Assembly: GCA_964626035.1 (NCBI GenBank)
Contig: CAZVEC010000001.1
Coordinates: forward strand, 1-29,551
Length of the DNA stretch: 29,551 nt
Reading direction: 5' to 3'
Source of the DNA: an uncultured Candidatus Saccharibacteria bacterium
GTDB taxonomy: Bacteria > Patescibacteriota > Minisyncoccia > Phycocordibacterales > CAZVEC01
The notes under the pieces are model-generated. The model was not told the DNA's origin. It saw nothing but the letters and a program-made list of their open reading frames with translations, and did no database searches. The position numbers and the translations under genes are program-made. This document shows positions 1 to 8,123 of the stretch, one piece after another (position 1 is the first letter of the stretch; the number at the start of each line of letters is the position of its first letter).

Positions 1-138
1 TTTCCTTTCCATTTTCATTATGGAAAAGAAGACAAGGTTATAGATACTAAATTCAGAAAAAAATTACCGGAAGCTCTTATTGATTTTTTAGAGTTTGTTC
101 GTGAAAAACTATCAGGTTATGAAGGCTATGAAAAATAA
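1..138 (+). CDS. 3' end of a gene running in from the window edge; possible DUF6516-like toxin
   Basis: Frame 1 is open from base 1: FPFHFHYGKEDKVIDTKFRKKLPEALIDFLEFVREKLSGYEGYEK*. Its TAA overlaps the next ATG. The FPxHxH motif resembles the DUF6516 C-terminus. Not in the ORF track because it is partial. Confidence 0.45.
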   Translation, partial: FPFHFHYGKEDKVIDTKFRKKLPEALIDFLEFVREKLSGYEGYEK

Positions 139-364
139 AAAAACAAAAATCAAATATGATCCCGAAGCTGATGTTTTGAGTTTAGAAAAGACTGCGGGCG
201 GAAAAATAGATTATGCTTCAGAGATTGGGAATTTTGTTGTCCATTTTACGAAAGATAACAAGCCTGTGTATTTTGGGGTACTTGAAGCTTCAAAGTTTTT
301 TAAGAGTGGAAATAAGCTGATTAAATCTCCATTTAAAATTTCAAGACTGGCTCATTCCAAATAG
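128..364 (+). CDS. DUF2283-family protein (putative antitoxin-like)
   Basis: KIKYDPEADVLSL...GNFVVHFTKDNKPVYFGVLEAS matches the DUF2283 pattern. ATG at 128 overlaps the upstream stop and is preferred over the ORF-track start at 95. Confidence 0.75.
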   Translation: MKNKKTKIKYDPEADVLSLEKTAGGKIDYASEIGNFVVHFTKDNKPVYFGVLEASKFFKSGNKLIKSPFKISRLAHSK

Positions 365-400
365 TCTTTTAAAGAAGTGGTTCTAAATTTTTAAAATTTT

Positions 401-437
401 AAAACCCGCCTTCAACTATGCAGAGGGCGGGTTTTTT
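401..437. terminator. Bidirectional intrinsic terminator
   Basis: AAAACCCGCC...GGCGGGTTTTTT between convergent genes. Confidence 0.8.
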
Positions 438-455
438 GTTAGCAAGTATTTTGTG

Positions 456-935
456 CTATTTTTTTATGTTTTCAATTGAAAGTTTTTTAAGTTTTATTGT
501 TGCGTCATCAAATGATTTGGAGCCTTTTTGGTAAATTTCTGTTGCTTTGTCAGTTCTTTCATTATTTTTCCTTAATATGTCCGTCAAAGCTTTCTTGTCT
601 TTTTTCTCAAGTGACAAATTTCCCAATATGCCCACCAGATCATAGTAGTTTTTAACTGTCAGTGCATAAGCGTCATTAAATTCCACAATAATCTGGCCTG
701 ATTGCTGGATGATTTCCATCGCCTCTAATAAAGCAACGAAACAATCAACACTGTCTTGGCTGTTTGTCTCCATGTAGTCTCCGTGTAAGACAGTTTCATG
801 TTGATTTTGACCATTAAGTATCTCATTCAATTCCTTTTTTATTTCCTCCTCTTCAGGGTCTTTCTTTTTAGAGACCTGGCTGTATAGATTATTGATTAAT
901 AATCCTGTCAGCAGGCAAAACAATAATTTTTTCAT
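456..935 (-). CDS. Secreted helical hypothetical protein, paralog of 1807..2256
   Basis: Signal peptide MKKLLFCLLTGLLINNLYS|Q. Shares QHETVLxG and CFxALxEAMEII blocks with 1807..2256. Confidence 0.8.
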   Translation of the reverse strand: MKKLLFCLLTGLLINNLYSQVSKKKDPEEEEIKKELNEILNGQNQHETVLHGDYMETNSQDSVDCFVALLEAMEIIQQSGQIIVEFNDAYALTVKNYYDLVGILGNLSLEKKDKKALTDILRKNNERTDKATEIYQKGSKSFDDATIKLKKLSIENIKK

Positions 936-971
936 AGTTTTAATTTTTAAGGTGCGTAAATAAATTCCCTT

Positions 972-1018
972 TTAAAATACACCAAAACCATTGACAAGTC
1001 AAGTATTTTTGCTAGGAT
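972..1018. promoter_or_regulatory. Overlapping divergent sigma70 promoters sharing palindromic TTGAC-AA-GTCAA (991..1002)
   Basis: Plus strand: TTGACA-16-TAGGAT with TGn extension. Minus strand: TTGACT-17-TATTTT. Confidence 0.6.
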
Positions 1019-1058
1019 AGCGGGGAACACTTATTTAAAAACAAAAAATCAAAATGTT

Positions 1059-1733
1059 ATGAAAAACTTGATATTTTTCTTCGGAATTATTTTTTCTTTT
1101 TGTATCTTTGGACAGAAAAATGAAAATACCTCAATCGGAGCCATTGGTTCACAGAAAAATCAGGAAACAATAAAACAATGGAAAATTTGGAAGACGGTGA
1201 AGTATACAAATCATAAATCTTCTAACGAAGTAAAAAAATCTTTTGCTGAGAAAGGTATATTATATAGATCATCTTGCGTATTCTATGCCGATAAGAAATT
1301 TATGAGGAGAGCAAAATTTACAGAAAACACCAAAGAAGAGATTATTAATCTTGTTCTGCTTTCGCCTCAAGAGCTTGGTGTTAAAGATAGTGGGATGGTT
1401 AGTTACAGTAAAATTTGCAGGAGTGCAAAAAGGCTCGGATTGAAGTTGTGCACGCCAAATATTGCAATTGCATTGCGCGAGCAATATTTAAATCAATCGG
1501 ATAGAGAAGGTGAAAGGATTTTTTTAGCAATGAATATAAAAAAATCTTTTCTTGTTACGACTGATTTTAATCCCTTCCGTCCCCGCTGGCCCTTTTATCT
1601 TTTTAATGAACGAATGCTTTGTTCTGTTTATATTGATTTCAATAGAAATCCGGTGCTTAATGTTACTGGCATCGATGATGACGCATCTTTCTTTTATTCG
1701 GATGAAAAAATAGTTTTTAGTCTTCCGAACTAG
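1059..1733 (+). CDS. Secreted hypothetical protein
   Basis: Signal peptide ...FSFCIFG|Q. The mature part (WKTVKY...LVLLSPQELG...AKRLGLKLC...ALREQY) resembles an unannotated family I recall from CPR proteomes (recollection, unverified). Confidence 0.75.
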   Translation: MKNLIFFFGIIFSFCIFGQKNENTSIGAIGSQKNQETIKQWKIWKTVKYTNHKSSNEVKKSFAEKGILYRSSCVFYADKKFMRRAKFTENTKEEIINLVLLSPQELGVKDSGMVSYSKICRSAKRLGLKLCTPNIAIALREQYLNQSDREGERIFLAMNIKKSFLVTTDFNPFRPRWPFYLFNERMLCSVYIDFNRNPVLNVTGIDDDASFFYSDEKIVFSLPN

Positions 1734-1760
1734 AGAAGCTAAAATTATTTAGAAAATTTT

Positions 1761-1788
1761 AAAACCCGCACATATGTGCGGGTTTTTT
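1761..1788. terminator. Bidirectional intrinsic terminator
   Basis: Perfect palindrome AAAACCCGCACATATGTGCGGGTTTT between convergent genes; homologous to 401..437. Confidence 0.8.
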
Positions 1789-1806
1789 GTAGTAAATTAT
1801 TCCATG

Positions 1807-2256
1807 CTACTTTAGTATTATTTCTTTTTTGGAAAGCTTTTTCAGCTTCACAGCTGCTTCTGCGTAAGTGTTTGAGCTTTTTTTGTAAATTTCGATAGCC
1901 TTGCCGGCTTTTTCATTATGTTTCTCTATGTTGCGTAAAACTGCCTTCTTGTCTTTTTTTCTTATGCGGCAATTTTTTATTGCATCCGACAAATAACCAT
2001 TACCTTGGTTTAATAATTCAATGGCTTCGTCAGATTCTTTTATGGCTTGGTTTAATTGCATAATAATTTCCATCGCTTCATTTAAGGCATTGAAACAACC
2101 AATACTATTTGTGTCTCTTATATAAACTCCATTTAAGACGGTTTCGTGTTGCATGCTGTCTTTTGTATAAACACCACTCAAGACAGTGGGACGATTTTGG
2201 CTATAAAGACCATTGAACAATAATATCGGCAGAAGGAAAAACAGTAATTTTTTCAT
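1807..2256 (-). CDS. Secreted helical hypothetical protein, paralog of 456..935
   Basis: Signal peptide MKKLLFFLLPILLFNGLYS|Q; aligns by eye with 456..935. Confidence 0.8.
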   Translation of the reverse strand: MKKLLFFLLPILLFNGLYSQNRPTVLSGVYTKDSMQHETVLNGVYIRDTNSIGCFNALNEAMEIIMQLNQAIKESDEAIELLNQGNGYLSDAIKNCRIRKKDKKAVLRNIEKHNEKAGKAIEIYKKSSNTYAEAAVKLKKLSKKEIILK

Positions 2257-2290
2257 AATTTTTAGTTTTAAAGTGCGTAAATAAATTCAA

Positions 2291-2339
2291 TTTAAAATTA
2301 TCACAAAACCATTGACAAGTCAAGGATTTGTGCTAGGAT
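2291..2339. promoter_or_regulatory. Second copy of the divergent promoter with TTGAC-AA-GTCAA (2312..2323)
   Basis: Near-identical to 940..1018: GTGCGTAAATAAATT...CAAAACCATTGACAAGTCAAG.ATTT.TGCTAGGAT. Confidence 0.6.
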
Positions 2340-2378
2340 TGGGATGAATAATTTGTTTAACCTAAATGCTCATTTAAA

Positions 2379-2873
2379 ATGAAAAAACTAATTCTATTGT
2401 CATTATTGATATCATTATCAGTAATGATCTGGCTTCCTGTTTCAGCTCAAACAGATGAAAAGGAAATTATGCCCGTATCTTTCTGCCTTTCGTCAACACA
2501 TAAATTGGCGAGCATGATGTCCGATATTCAGGTAAATAATTATTTAAAAACTAGAACAGTGTTGACGATTTCAACAATGTTCATTGAAGGTGAAGAGTTT
2601 ATGGCTATTATTGGTTTGTATAAAGATACGACTTTGCAGCCAGGGTTTTATGTAAAAAACGGTAAAAAATGGTGTTGGGTAGCATCTTTGTTCTATGTAT
2701 GGGGGGATTATTTTCCGTCTCATGTAAGGATATATAAGCCGAAAGAAAGATTTAGTTATTGTGACGAAAATGAGAGTATTGAATTGGTTTATACAGACTA
2801 CAAAGGTGGTGAATATAGCGAAATTTTTGATCCCAAAACAAAGGAAGTAGTAGCTATTGTTAATCATTACTGA
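2379..2873 (+). CDS. Secreted hypothetical protein
   Basis: Signal peptide MKKLILL...WLPVSA|Q; followed by a terminator. Confidence 0.75.
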   Translation: MKKLILLSLLISLSVMIWLPVSAQTDEKEIMPVSFCLSSTHKLASMMSDIQVNNYLKTRTVLTISTMFIEGEEFMAIIGLYKDTTLQPGFYVKNGKKWCWVASLFYVWGDYFPSHVRIYKPKERFSYCDENESIELVYTDYKGGEYSEIFDPKTKEVVAIVNHY

Positions 2874-2880
2874 TTTTTTT

Positions 2881-2912
2881 AAAAGTCCTCTGATAATTCA
2901 GAGGGCTTTTTT
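2881..2912. terminator. Intrinsic terminator
   Basis: AAAAGTCCTCTGA-TAAT-TCAGAGGGCTTTTTT. Confidence 0.75.
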
Positions 2913-2964
2913 GTTTTGCATGTAAATATATGTTAAAAAAAAGAGTGACTAAGTATTTAACTTG

Positions 2965-3513
2965 TCACTCTTCTTGATGAAAATTTTCGCGGTAGTTTTG
3001 AACCGCTTTATCAATTACTTTTTTAGATGTGCCTTTCTTGAATTCAAGATAGGTACCTTTTATTACTGGGACCATAATCATCTCTGACACATCAGGCGGG
3101 TTAGAAATAAAATCAGCTTTATAATTAAGTTCTTTCTTTTTTTTAACAGAATTGTTTTCTTTAGCCCTTTTTTTTAACCTCTCCTTCGCAATTTTTTTCA
3201 CTCTCTTTTTAATATCATTATTGTCCTTGGCTAATTTTAGGCCATATTCTTTCACTGTTTTCCTAGCTACAGTTTTCTTTAATCTAGTTGCTTTTACAGC
3301 ATGAAGTTCCGTCAATCTTTGTTCAGGAAAAATATTGTTTTTTCTGAAATAATCCAGTTCCTGCTTAATTATCTGATTTATTAAAAACGTTGCGCTAAAA
3401 ATACTTATATCGTATTCTTCTTTTCCCGCTAGGCTTCTAAGAACTTCCTTGTTGAGCTCTTTAAGCTCTTTCCTCCTTTTGGCAGTAAAATCCTTTTCTT
3501 CTGGCGTGTTCAT
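2965..3513 (-). CDS. Lys-rich hypothetical protein
   Basis: Long ORF. ATG at 3513 (MNTPEEK) preferred; the ORF track starts at 3537. No family recognised. Confidence 0.6.
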   Translation of the reverse strand: MNTPEEKDFTAKRRKELKELNKEVLRSLAGKEEYDISIFSATFLINQIIKQELDYFRKNNIFPEQRLTELHAVKATRLKKTVARKTVKEYGLKLAKDNNDIKKRVKKIAKERLKKRAKENNSVKKKKELNYKADFISNPPDVSEMIMVPVIKGTYLEFKKGTSKKVIDKAVQNYRENFHQEE

Positions 3514-3609
3514 AATTATTAAGTTTTTTAAATCCATAGCAAGAATAACCCAAATTACCCATTCCTGTCAATTTTTTGTTTTTTGTATTTTTTCGTGTAT
3601 AATTCGCCC

Positions 3610-4242
3610 ATGCATTTAAGCGCGGAAAAATTTGAAATAGTACCCAATGAACCGCCGGTGGTATCACTTCGGCGCGAGCTTTTAGACACCGTTAAAAATG
3701 TCGAAGAGATAGACAAGGAAAGGGAGATAGTGGCTAACCTTGCGGAAAAAAATAAAACAATACAGCTTGACGCGGCTTTTGTAAGAGAGAAAGATAGGAA
3801 GTCAGGCGACCCTACTAATCCAAATAGCCCTTTTGCTAATTTCATCCGCATGCGTGCCGCGGAATTTCTTGATCTTCCAGATGAAGATGCGTTCAAGTTT
3901 TATTCGGCCGCTTCGGCTTCTCAAAATAAGACCGTTTTGGAGAGGGATTATAAGATTGATGCTTTTTTCGAGCTTGAGAGGGAAGAGGGTAATATTATCG
4001 TTCCGATTAATTTGACCATTCGGCCTGAGGAGAATTCAAATGCACTAGTCTATGTGCTCTCGAAAGATTTTCCTATACACGGGAGATTTTCAAAAGGCGG
4101 GAAGGGAGAATTTGCGGGATTGTCAGAGGGTGAAGAAATACTATTTAATAAATCTGTCGCTGAATTGGGAAAAAAAATAGCTGGCCGTTTTAAGCACTTA
4201 ATTGAGATAGAAAAACAATCTGCCGTTAATGAAACAGATTAG
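3610..4242 (+). CDS. Hypothetical protein, probably leaderless
   Basis: TATAAT at 3598..3603 lies 6 nt before ATG 3610, favouring this start over 3583. Confidence 0.7.
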   Translation: MHLSAEKFEIVPNEPPVVSLRRELLDTVKNVEEIDKEREIVANLAEKNKTIQLDAAFVREKDRKSGDPTNPNSPFANFIRMRAAEFLDLPDEDAFKFYSAASASQNKTVLERDYKIDAFFELEREEGNIIVPINLTIRPEENSNALVYVLSKDFPIHGRFSKGGKGEFAGLSEGEEILFNKSVAELGKKIAGRFKHLIEIEKQSAVNETD

Positions 4243-4315
4243 TTAAACTGTCAATATTGAAGAAGTGTAAAAACTTTGGTATAAAACAATTGAATGCACA
4301 CTAAAACTTGAAAAT

Positions 4316-4714
4316 ATGTACAAGCTTGTTTTCAGAGAGAAAAGAATTCTGCCGGACTTTCTGTGGCTTATGATGAAAGAAAAGTTTATTAAAAATCCGA
4401 TTGTAGCCGAGATCAGAAATGAGGGCGAAGCTCCTATAAGGAAAAGAGACGAGAATGGAAAATTGATCAAATGCGTTACATCAGCGTGCTGTTGCACATG
4501 CGGAGGCGGAATATGGATGCTCACTATGCCCGAAGCTGCGAGATACGCTTTGATTGGACAATTTGAAATGCCTAAAAAAATGACTCTTTTTTCTCACCGA
4601 ATTTATGCTAATTTCTGTGATAATTGTCAAAAGCCAGGTCTTGTTCCAAAGGCGGAAATCGTGCCTTATCTTGAATATGAAGATATGACATTCCCCGAAA
4701 AATTACATTCTTAG
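4316..4714 (+). CDS. Cys-rich hypothetical protein with a probable zinc ribbon
   Basis: CVTSACCCTCGG ... FCDNCQKP gives two CxxC knuckles. Confidence 0.65.
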   Translation: MYKLVFREKRILPDFLWLMMKEKFIKNPIVAEIRNEGEAPIRKRDENGKLIKCVTSACCCTCGGGIWMLTMPEAARYALIGQFEMPKKMTLFSHRIYANFCDNCQKPGLVPKAEIVPYLEYEDMTFPEKLHS

Positions 4715-4737
4715 GAACTGGATTTATGTAAAAAATT

Positions 4738-4764
4738 AAAACATCGCGAAATCGCGGTGTTTTT
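4738..4764 (+). terminator. Intrinsic terminator
   Basis: AAAACATCGCGA-AA-TCGCGGTGTTTTT after the 4714 stop. Confidence 0.65.
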
Positions 4765-4801
4765 GTTTTTTAGGTTTTTTCGTGTATAATAGTCAAACAA
4801 A

Positions 4802-6721
4802 ATGCCTATAAATTTTCAAAAAAATCAAAATGAAAATAGGGGGTCAAAAAAGACGTCCAAAAAAGATGGTCCGAAGTTTTCTAATTTGATGATGACGGGA
4901 CTTCTTATTTTAATGCTTATCACCGCGCTTTACTCGGTGATTTCTTCGCCTGACAAGAAAGTGGAGGAGATTTCTATTTCCGATCTGGCCAAGAAGGTGG
5001 AAAATGCCGAAGTTAAGAATATTGAAGTGGCTGGCGAAAAGCTTAACATAGAGCTTAATGATGGCACTTTAAATCGGGCCAAAAAGGAAACAGAATCATC
5101 GTTGTCTGAAACTTTAAATAATTACGGAGTGACGGCGGAAAAATTAGCCGGTGTCCGTATTATAGTCAAAAATGAAAGTGGACTTGGTTTTTGGCTTTTA
5201 AATATTTTGCCGTTTTTGGTGCCTATTCTTTTTATTTTTATTTTCTTTTGGTTTATTTCGCGCCAGGTCAAAGGCGCCGGCATGCAGGCTTTTTCCTTCG
5301 GCCAGTCCAAAGCGCGCATCACTGATCCGAACGACAAAAATAATAAAGTTACTTTCAAAGACGTGGCCGGCTGCAAGGAGGCCAAAGAAGAATTAAAAGA
5401 GATTGTTGATTTCCTTAAAAGTCCGAAAAAATTCTTGGATATCGGCGCGAGGATTCCAAAGGGCGTGATTTTAATGGGAGCTCCGGGTACGGGAAAAACT
5501 CTGCTTGCTAGAGCTGTCGCTGGCGAGGCTAGCGTTCCATTCTTTCATCTTTCCGGTTCGGAATTTGTGGAGATGTTTGTGGGCGTGGGAGCTTCTCGCG
5601 TACGCGATCTTTTTAAAATGGCCAAGAAAGCGGCTCCGGCTATTATCTTTGTCGATGAACTTGATGCGATCGGGAGGACCCGCGGGGGAGGATTCGGCGG
5701 AGGTAATGATGAGCGTGAGCAGACCTTAAATCAAATCCTAGTGGAAATGGACGGCTTTGAGCCTACTGATAAAGTAATAGTCATGGCGGCCACAAACAGG
5801 CCTGACGTTTTGGATCCGGCACTTGTCCGTCCGGGACGTTTTGACCGAAAAGTGATTCTTGATCTGCCTGACCGATCTGATCGCGAAGAGATTTTGAAAA
5901 TTCACGCGGTTAAAAAACCTCTTGCTGAAGACATTAATTTGAAGTTGATTGCGGAGCGAACTCCGGGATTTTCCGGCGCTGATTTGTATTCTCTGATGAA
6001 CGAAGGCGCGATCTTGGCTGCGAGGGAGAATCGCAAGCAAGTTTTTCAATTCGACCTCATCCGTGCGATTGAAAAGGTGATGCTGGGGCCCGAGCGCAAG
6101 AGCCATCTGCTTTCCAAAAAAGAAAAAGAAATTACCGCCTATCATGAAGCGGGGCATGCTCTTGTGGCGTCTGTGCTTCCGTATGCCGATCCGGTGCATA
6201 AAGTTTCCATTGTGGCCCGCGGGCGCGCCGGGGGATACACTTTAAAGCTTCCACTTGAAGATAGAAAGCTGCAGTCCAAGAAAGAATTCATAGACGATAT
6301 CGCGATGTCTTTGGGCGGTTATGTTGCCGAAAAAATGATTTTTGGAGACATTACGACCGGTCCATCGAGCGACTTGCAAGTGGCCACAAATTTAGCGCGA
6401 GCCATGGTCACCCGTTGGGGGATGTCGGATGTTATCGGCCCTGTTGCTCTAGGTGGAGAAGGCGGAAGGCCTTTGTGGGGCGAGGCTCCGGAAAAAGAAT
6501 ATTCTGAAGAAATATCAGCCAAAGTAGATTCTGAAATTTCTAAGATAATAAACAATGGCATAAAAACTGCGGAAAAAGTTTTGGCTGATCATAAAAAAGC
6601 ACTAGATGCAATTGCGAGCAAGCTTATTGAAGTTGAAACTCTTGAACAAGAAGAATACGAAAAGGTAATAATCGCTCACGGAATAATGCCAAAGACTAAA
6701 GCAGATGAGTCTGTTGGTTAG
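4802..6721 (+). CDS. ftsH: ATP-dependent zinc metalloprotease FtsH
   Basis: Two TM segments, Walker A GAPGTGKT, Walker B IIFVDELD, second region of homology [20 protein letters not shown], and HEAGH zinc motif. Confidence 0.99.
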   Translation: MPINFQKNQNENRGSKKTSKKDGPKFSNLMMTGLLILMLITALYSVISSPDKKVEEISISDLAKKVENAEVKNIEVAGEKLNIELNDGTLNRAKKETESSLSETLNNYGVTAEKLAGVRIIVKNESGLGFWLLNILPFLVPILFIFIFFWFISRQVKGAGMQAFSFGQSKARITDPNDKNNKVTFKDVAGCKEAKEELKEIVDFLKSPKKFLDIGARIPKGVILMGAPGTGKTLLARAVAGEASVPFFHLSGSEFVEMFVGVGASRVRDLFKMAKKAAPAIIFVDELDAIGRTRGGGFGGGNDEREQTLNQILVEMDGFEPTDKVIVMAATNRPDVLDPALVRPGRFDRKVILDLPDRSDREEILKIHAVKKPLAEDINLKLIAERTPGFSGADLYSLMNEGAILAARENRKQVFQFDLIRAIEKVMLGPERKSHLLSKKEKEITAYHEAGHALVASVLPYADPVHKVSIVARGRAGGYTLKLPLEDRKLQSKKEFIDDIAMSLGGYVAEKMIFGDITTGPSSDLQVATNLARAMVTRWGMSDVIGPVALGGEGGRPLWGEAPEKEYSEEISAKVDSEISKIINNGIKTAEKVLADHKKALDAIASKLIEVETLEQEEYEKVIIAHGIMPKTKADESVG

Positions 6722-6771
6722 ATTAGTATGGCTTAGGAAAAAATATTTTATTAAAAACAAAATTATCCTCG

Positions 6772-6839
6772 ATCCCCGGGGTAGAGGTCGGTCCTCAAGA
6801 TGTTCCGAGGTCCGACCTCTTGTATTCAACCCCGGGGAT
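6772..6839. repeat. Nested palindromic REP/REPIN-like element (GAGGTCnGACCTC family), copy 1
   Basis: Outer 11-bp IR ATCCCCGGGGT/ACCCCGGGGAT. Inner 14-bp IR AGAGGTCGGTCCTC/GAGGTCCGACCTCT with one T:T mismatch. Confidence 0.75.
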
Positions 6840-6862
6840 TCTCCCTAATTTTGCTTATTATG

Positions 6863-6935
6863 TCCGCCCTCTAGGACTTGAACCTAGAACCTAGCGAGTA
6901 TAAGTCGCTTGCTCTACCAATTGAGCTAAGGGCGG
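6863..6935 (-). tRNA. tRNA-Ile, anticodon UAU; CCA not encoded
   Basis: Cloverleaf: CCGCCCT/AGGGCGG acceptor, GCTC/GAGC D-stem, AGCGA-CT TAT AC-TCGCT anticodon arm, CTAGG-TTCAAGT-CCTAG T-arm, discriminator A73. Confidence 0.93.
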
Positions 6936-6971
6936 TTAGTTATATTAATATATAATATTAGACATATTATA

Positions 6972-7709
6972 TCAATTTTTTAATCCTAAACTTTCAATAA
7001 AAGTTTTAAGCTCTCCACCTTCAATGGGTCTAATTTGGCCTTTCGGGAGATTACCTAAAATAATATTTATGATTCTGATTCTCTTAAGAGATAAAACTTT
7101 ATAACTCAAAGCGGCGCACATGCGGCGGATTTGTCTGTTTTTACCCTCAGTTAAAATAATATCAAATTTAGTTGGATCAGCTTGCCCCGAGGAAAGTTGA
7201 GGGGTTTTTCGAATTTTAGCCGGTCGAACTTTTTCCTTACCCATATTAAAACCCTGCTTAATTTTTAGAAGGAAAGTGTTATTAATCGGGTGGTCTACTT
7301 CCACGCTATATTCTTTTTCGTGATAAAATTTTGGATTTAACATTTTATCTGTGATCCTTCCATCATTAGTCAGAATTATGAGGCCACTTGAATCTTTATC
7401 TAATCGGCCGAGGGGGAATAGATCATTATTTTGGTCAATTTTTGATAAAAAACTTTTTATATCTTTTTCGCCAATTTGGGGAGAGTGAGTGACTACGCCA
7501 ATGGGTTTATTGAAGGCAAAATAAGAATATTTTTTGCTTTGCATTTCTTTTCCCACTTCCACTTTATCTTTTATAGTCACTTGATCTCCTAGTTTAGCTT
7601 TGCGTCCATTTATTTTTACTTTTCCGGCTCGAATAAGCTCATCTGCCCCGCGGCGTGTTGAGATGTTTTTTATGGCCAAATATTTATTTATTCTGACAGG
7701 AAAATCCAT
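6972..7709 (-). CDS. rluF: rRNA pseudouridine synthase, RsuA/RluB/RluF family (RluF-like)
   Basis: N-terminal S4 domain (VRINKYLA...STRRGADELI), catalytic GRLDKDSSGL, and LTEGKNRQIRRM. The exact subfamily is less certain than the family. Confidence 0.88.
   Translation of the reverse strand: MDFPVRINKYLAIKNISTRRGADELIRAGKVKINGRKAKLGDQVTIKDKVEVGKEMQSKKYSYFAFNKPIGVVTHSPQIGEKDIKSFLSKIDQNNDLFPLGRLDKDSSGLIILTNDGRITDKMLNPKFYHEKEYSVEVDHPINNTFLLKIKQGFNMGKEKVRPAKIRKTPQLSSGQADPTKFDIILTEGKNRQIRRMCAALSYKVLSLKRIRIINIILGNLPKGQIRPIEGGELKTFIESLGLKN
7180..7204. repeat. REP-like palindrome inside the rluF coding frame (encodes PQLSSGQA)
   Basis: GCTTGCCCCGAGGAAAGTTGAGGGG. Same CTTGCCC...TCGAAG-type motif as the cluster at 11903..11998. 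Confidence 0.55.
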
Positions 7710-7747
7710 AGATTGTTATAGATTAACATAAATTCTTTAAATTTATT

Positions 7748-7776
7748 AATGTTTCGACCCACGGGGTCGAAACATT
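7748..7776. repeat. Perfect 13-bp inverted repeat with 3-nt loop between divergent genes
   Basis: AATGTTTCGACCC-ACG-GGGTCGAAACATT; no U-tract. Confidence 0.7.
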
Positions 7777-7844
7777 GGATTTGGGTTGACGAAATTAGGT
7801 ATATGGTGTACTATGATAACGATGTTTGTTCTAAATATATTTAT

Positions 7845-8120
7845 ATGGGAAAAGAGATTAAATTAGACGTAGACGGAGAATACATGACCGAAGCAGGAGA
7901 CAAAGTTTCAATTTTTGAAAAAACTCTCAACAATATGTTCTTAGGAACCATTATAAGTTCTGCGCCCGAAAAAACAGTTCCTACAAACGAAGGTGAAGGA
8001 GGAATTGAAGAAACTGAAGGTTCAGAAAGAGTGTATGAATGGTTTGAAGACGGGACATATGTAAATTGTGACGATTCAAGTATGAATATTGTATCCACCG
8101 TCAATTCTCAAGTAAAATAA
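7845..8120 (+). CDS. Small acidic hypothetical protein
   Basis: TTGACG-17-TACTAT promoter (about 7786..7814) lies inside the ORF-track 5' extension, so ATG 7845 (MGKEIK) is preferred. Confidence 0.6.
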   Translation: MGKEIKLDVDGEYMTEAGDKVSIFEKTLNNMFLGTIISSAPEKTVPTNEGEGGIEETEGSERVYEWFEDGTYVNCDDSSMNIVSTVNSQVK

Positions 8121-8123
8121 AAG

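Noticed and set aside
385-2912. Integron cassette array with attC sites
   Set aside because: Genes alternate in orientation; the palindromes have A/T tails typical of terminators and lack RYYYAAC/GTTRRRY cores; no intI is present
3555-3896. 113-aa minus-strand ORF, and similar short overlapping ORFs within ftsH, recG, vanW and others
   Set aside because: Antisense or alternate-frame shadows of better supported genes, with no motifs or promoters
4802-6721. Reassignment of AGA/AGG to Ser, suggested by tRNA-Ser(ACU)
   Set aside because: AGA and AGG occupy conserved Arg positions in FtsH ([19 protein letters not shown]), so they still read as Arg
7749-7844. 5' extension of the 7749..8120 ORF
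   Set aside because: It spans a hairpin and a full -35/-10 promoter, so it is most likely untranslated
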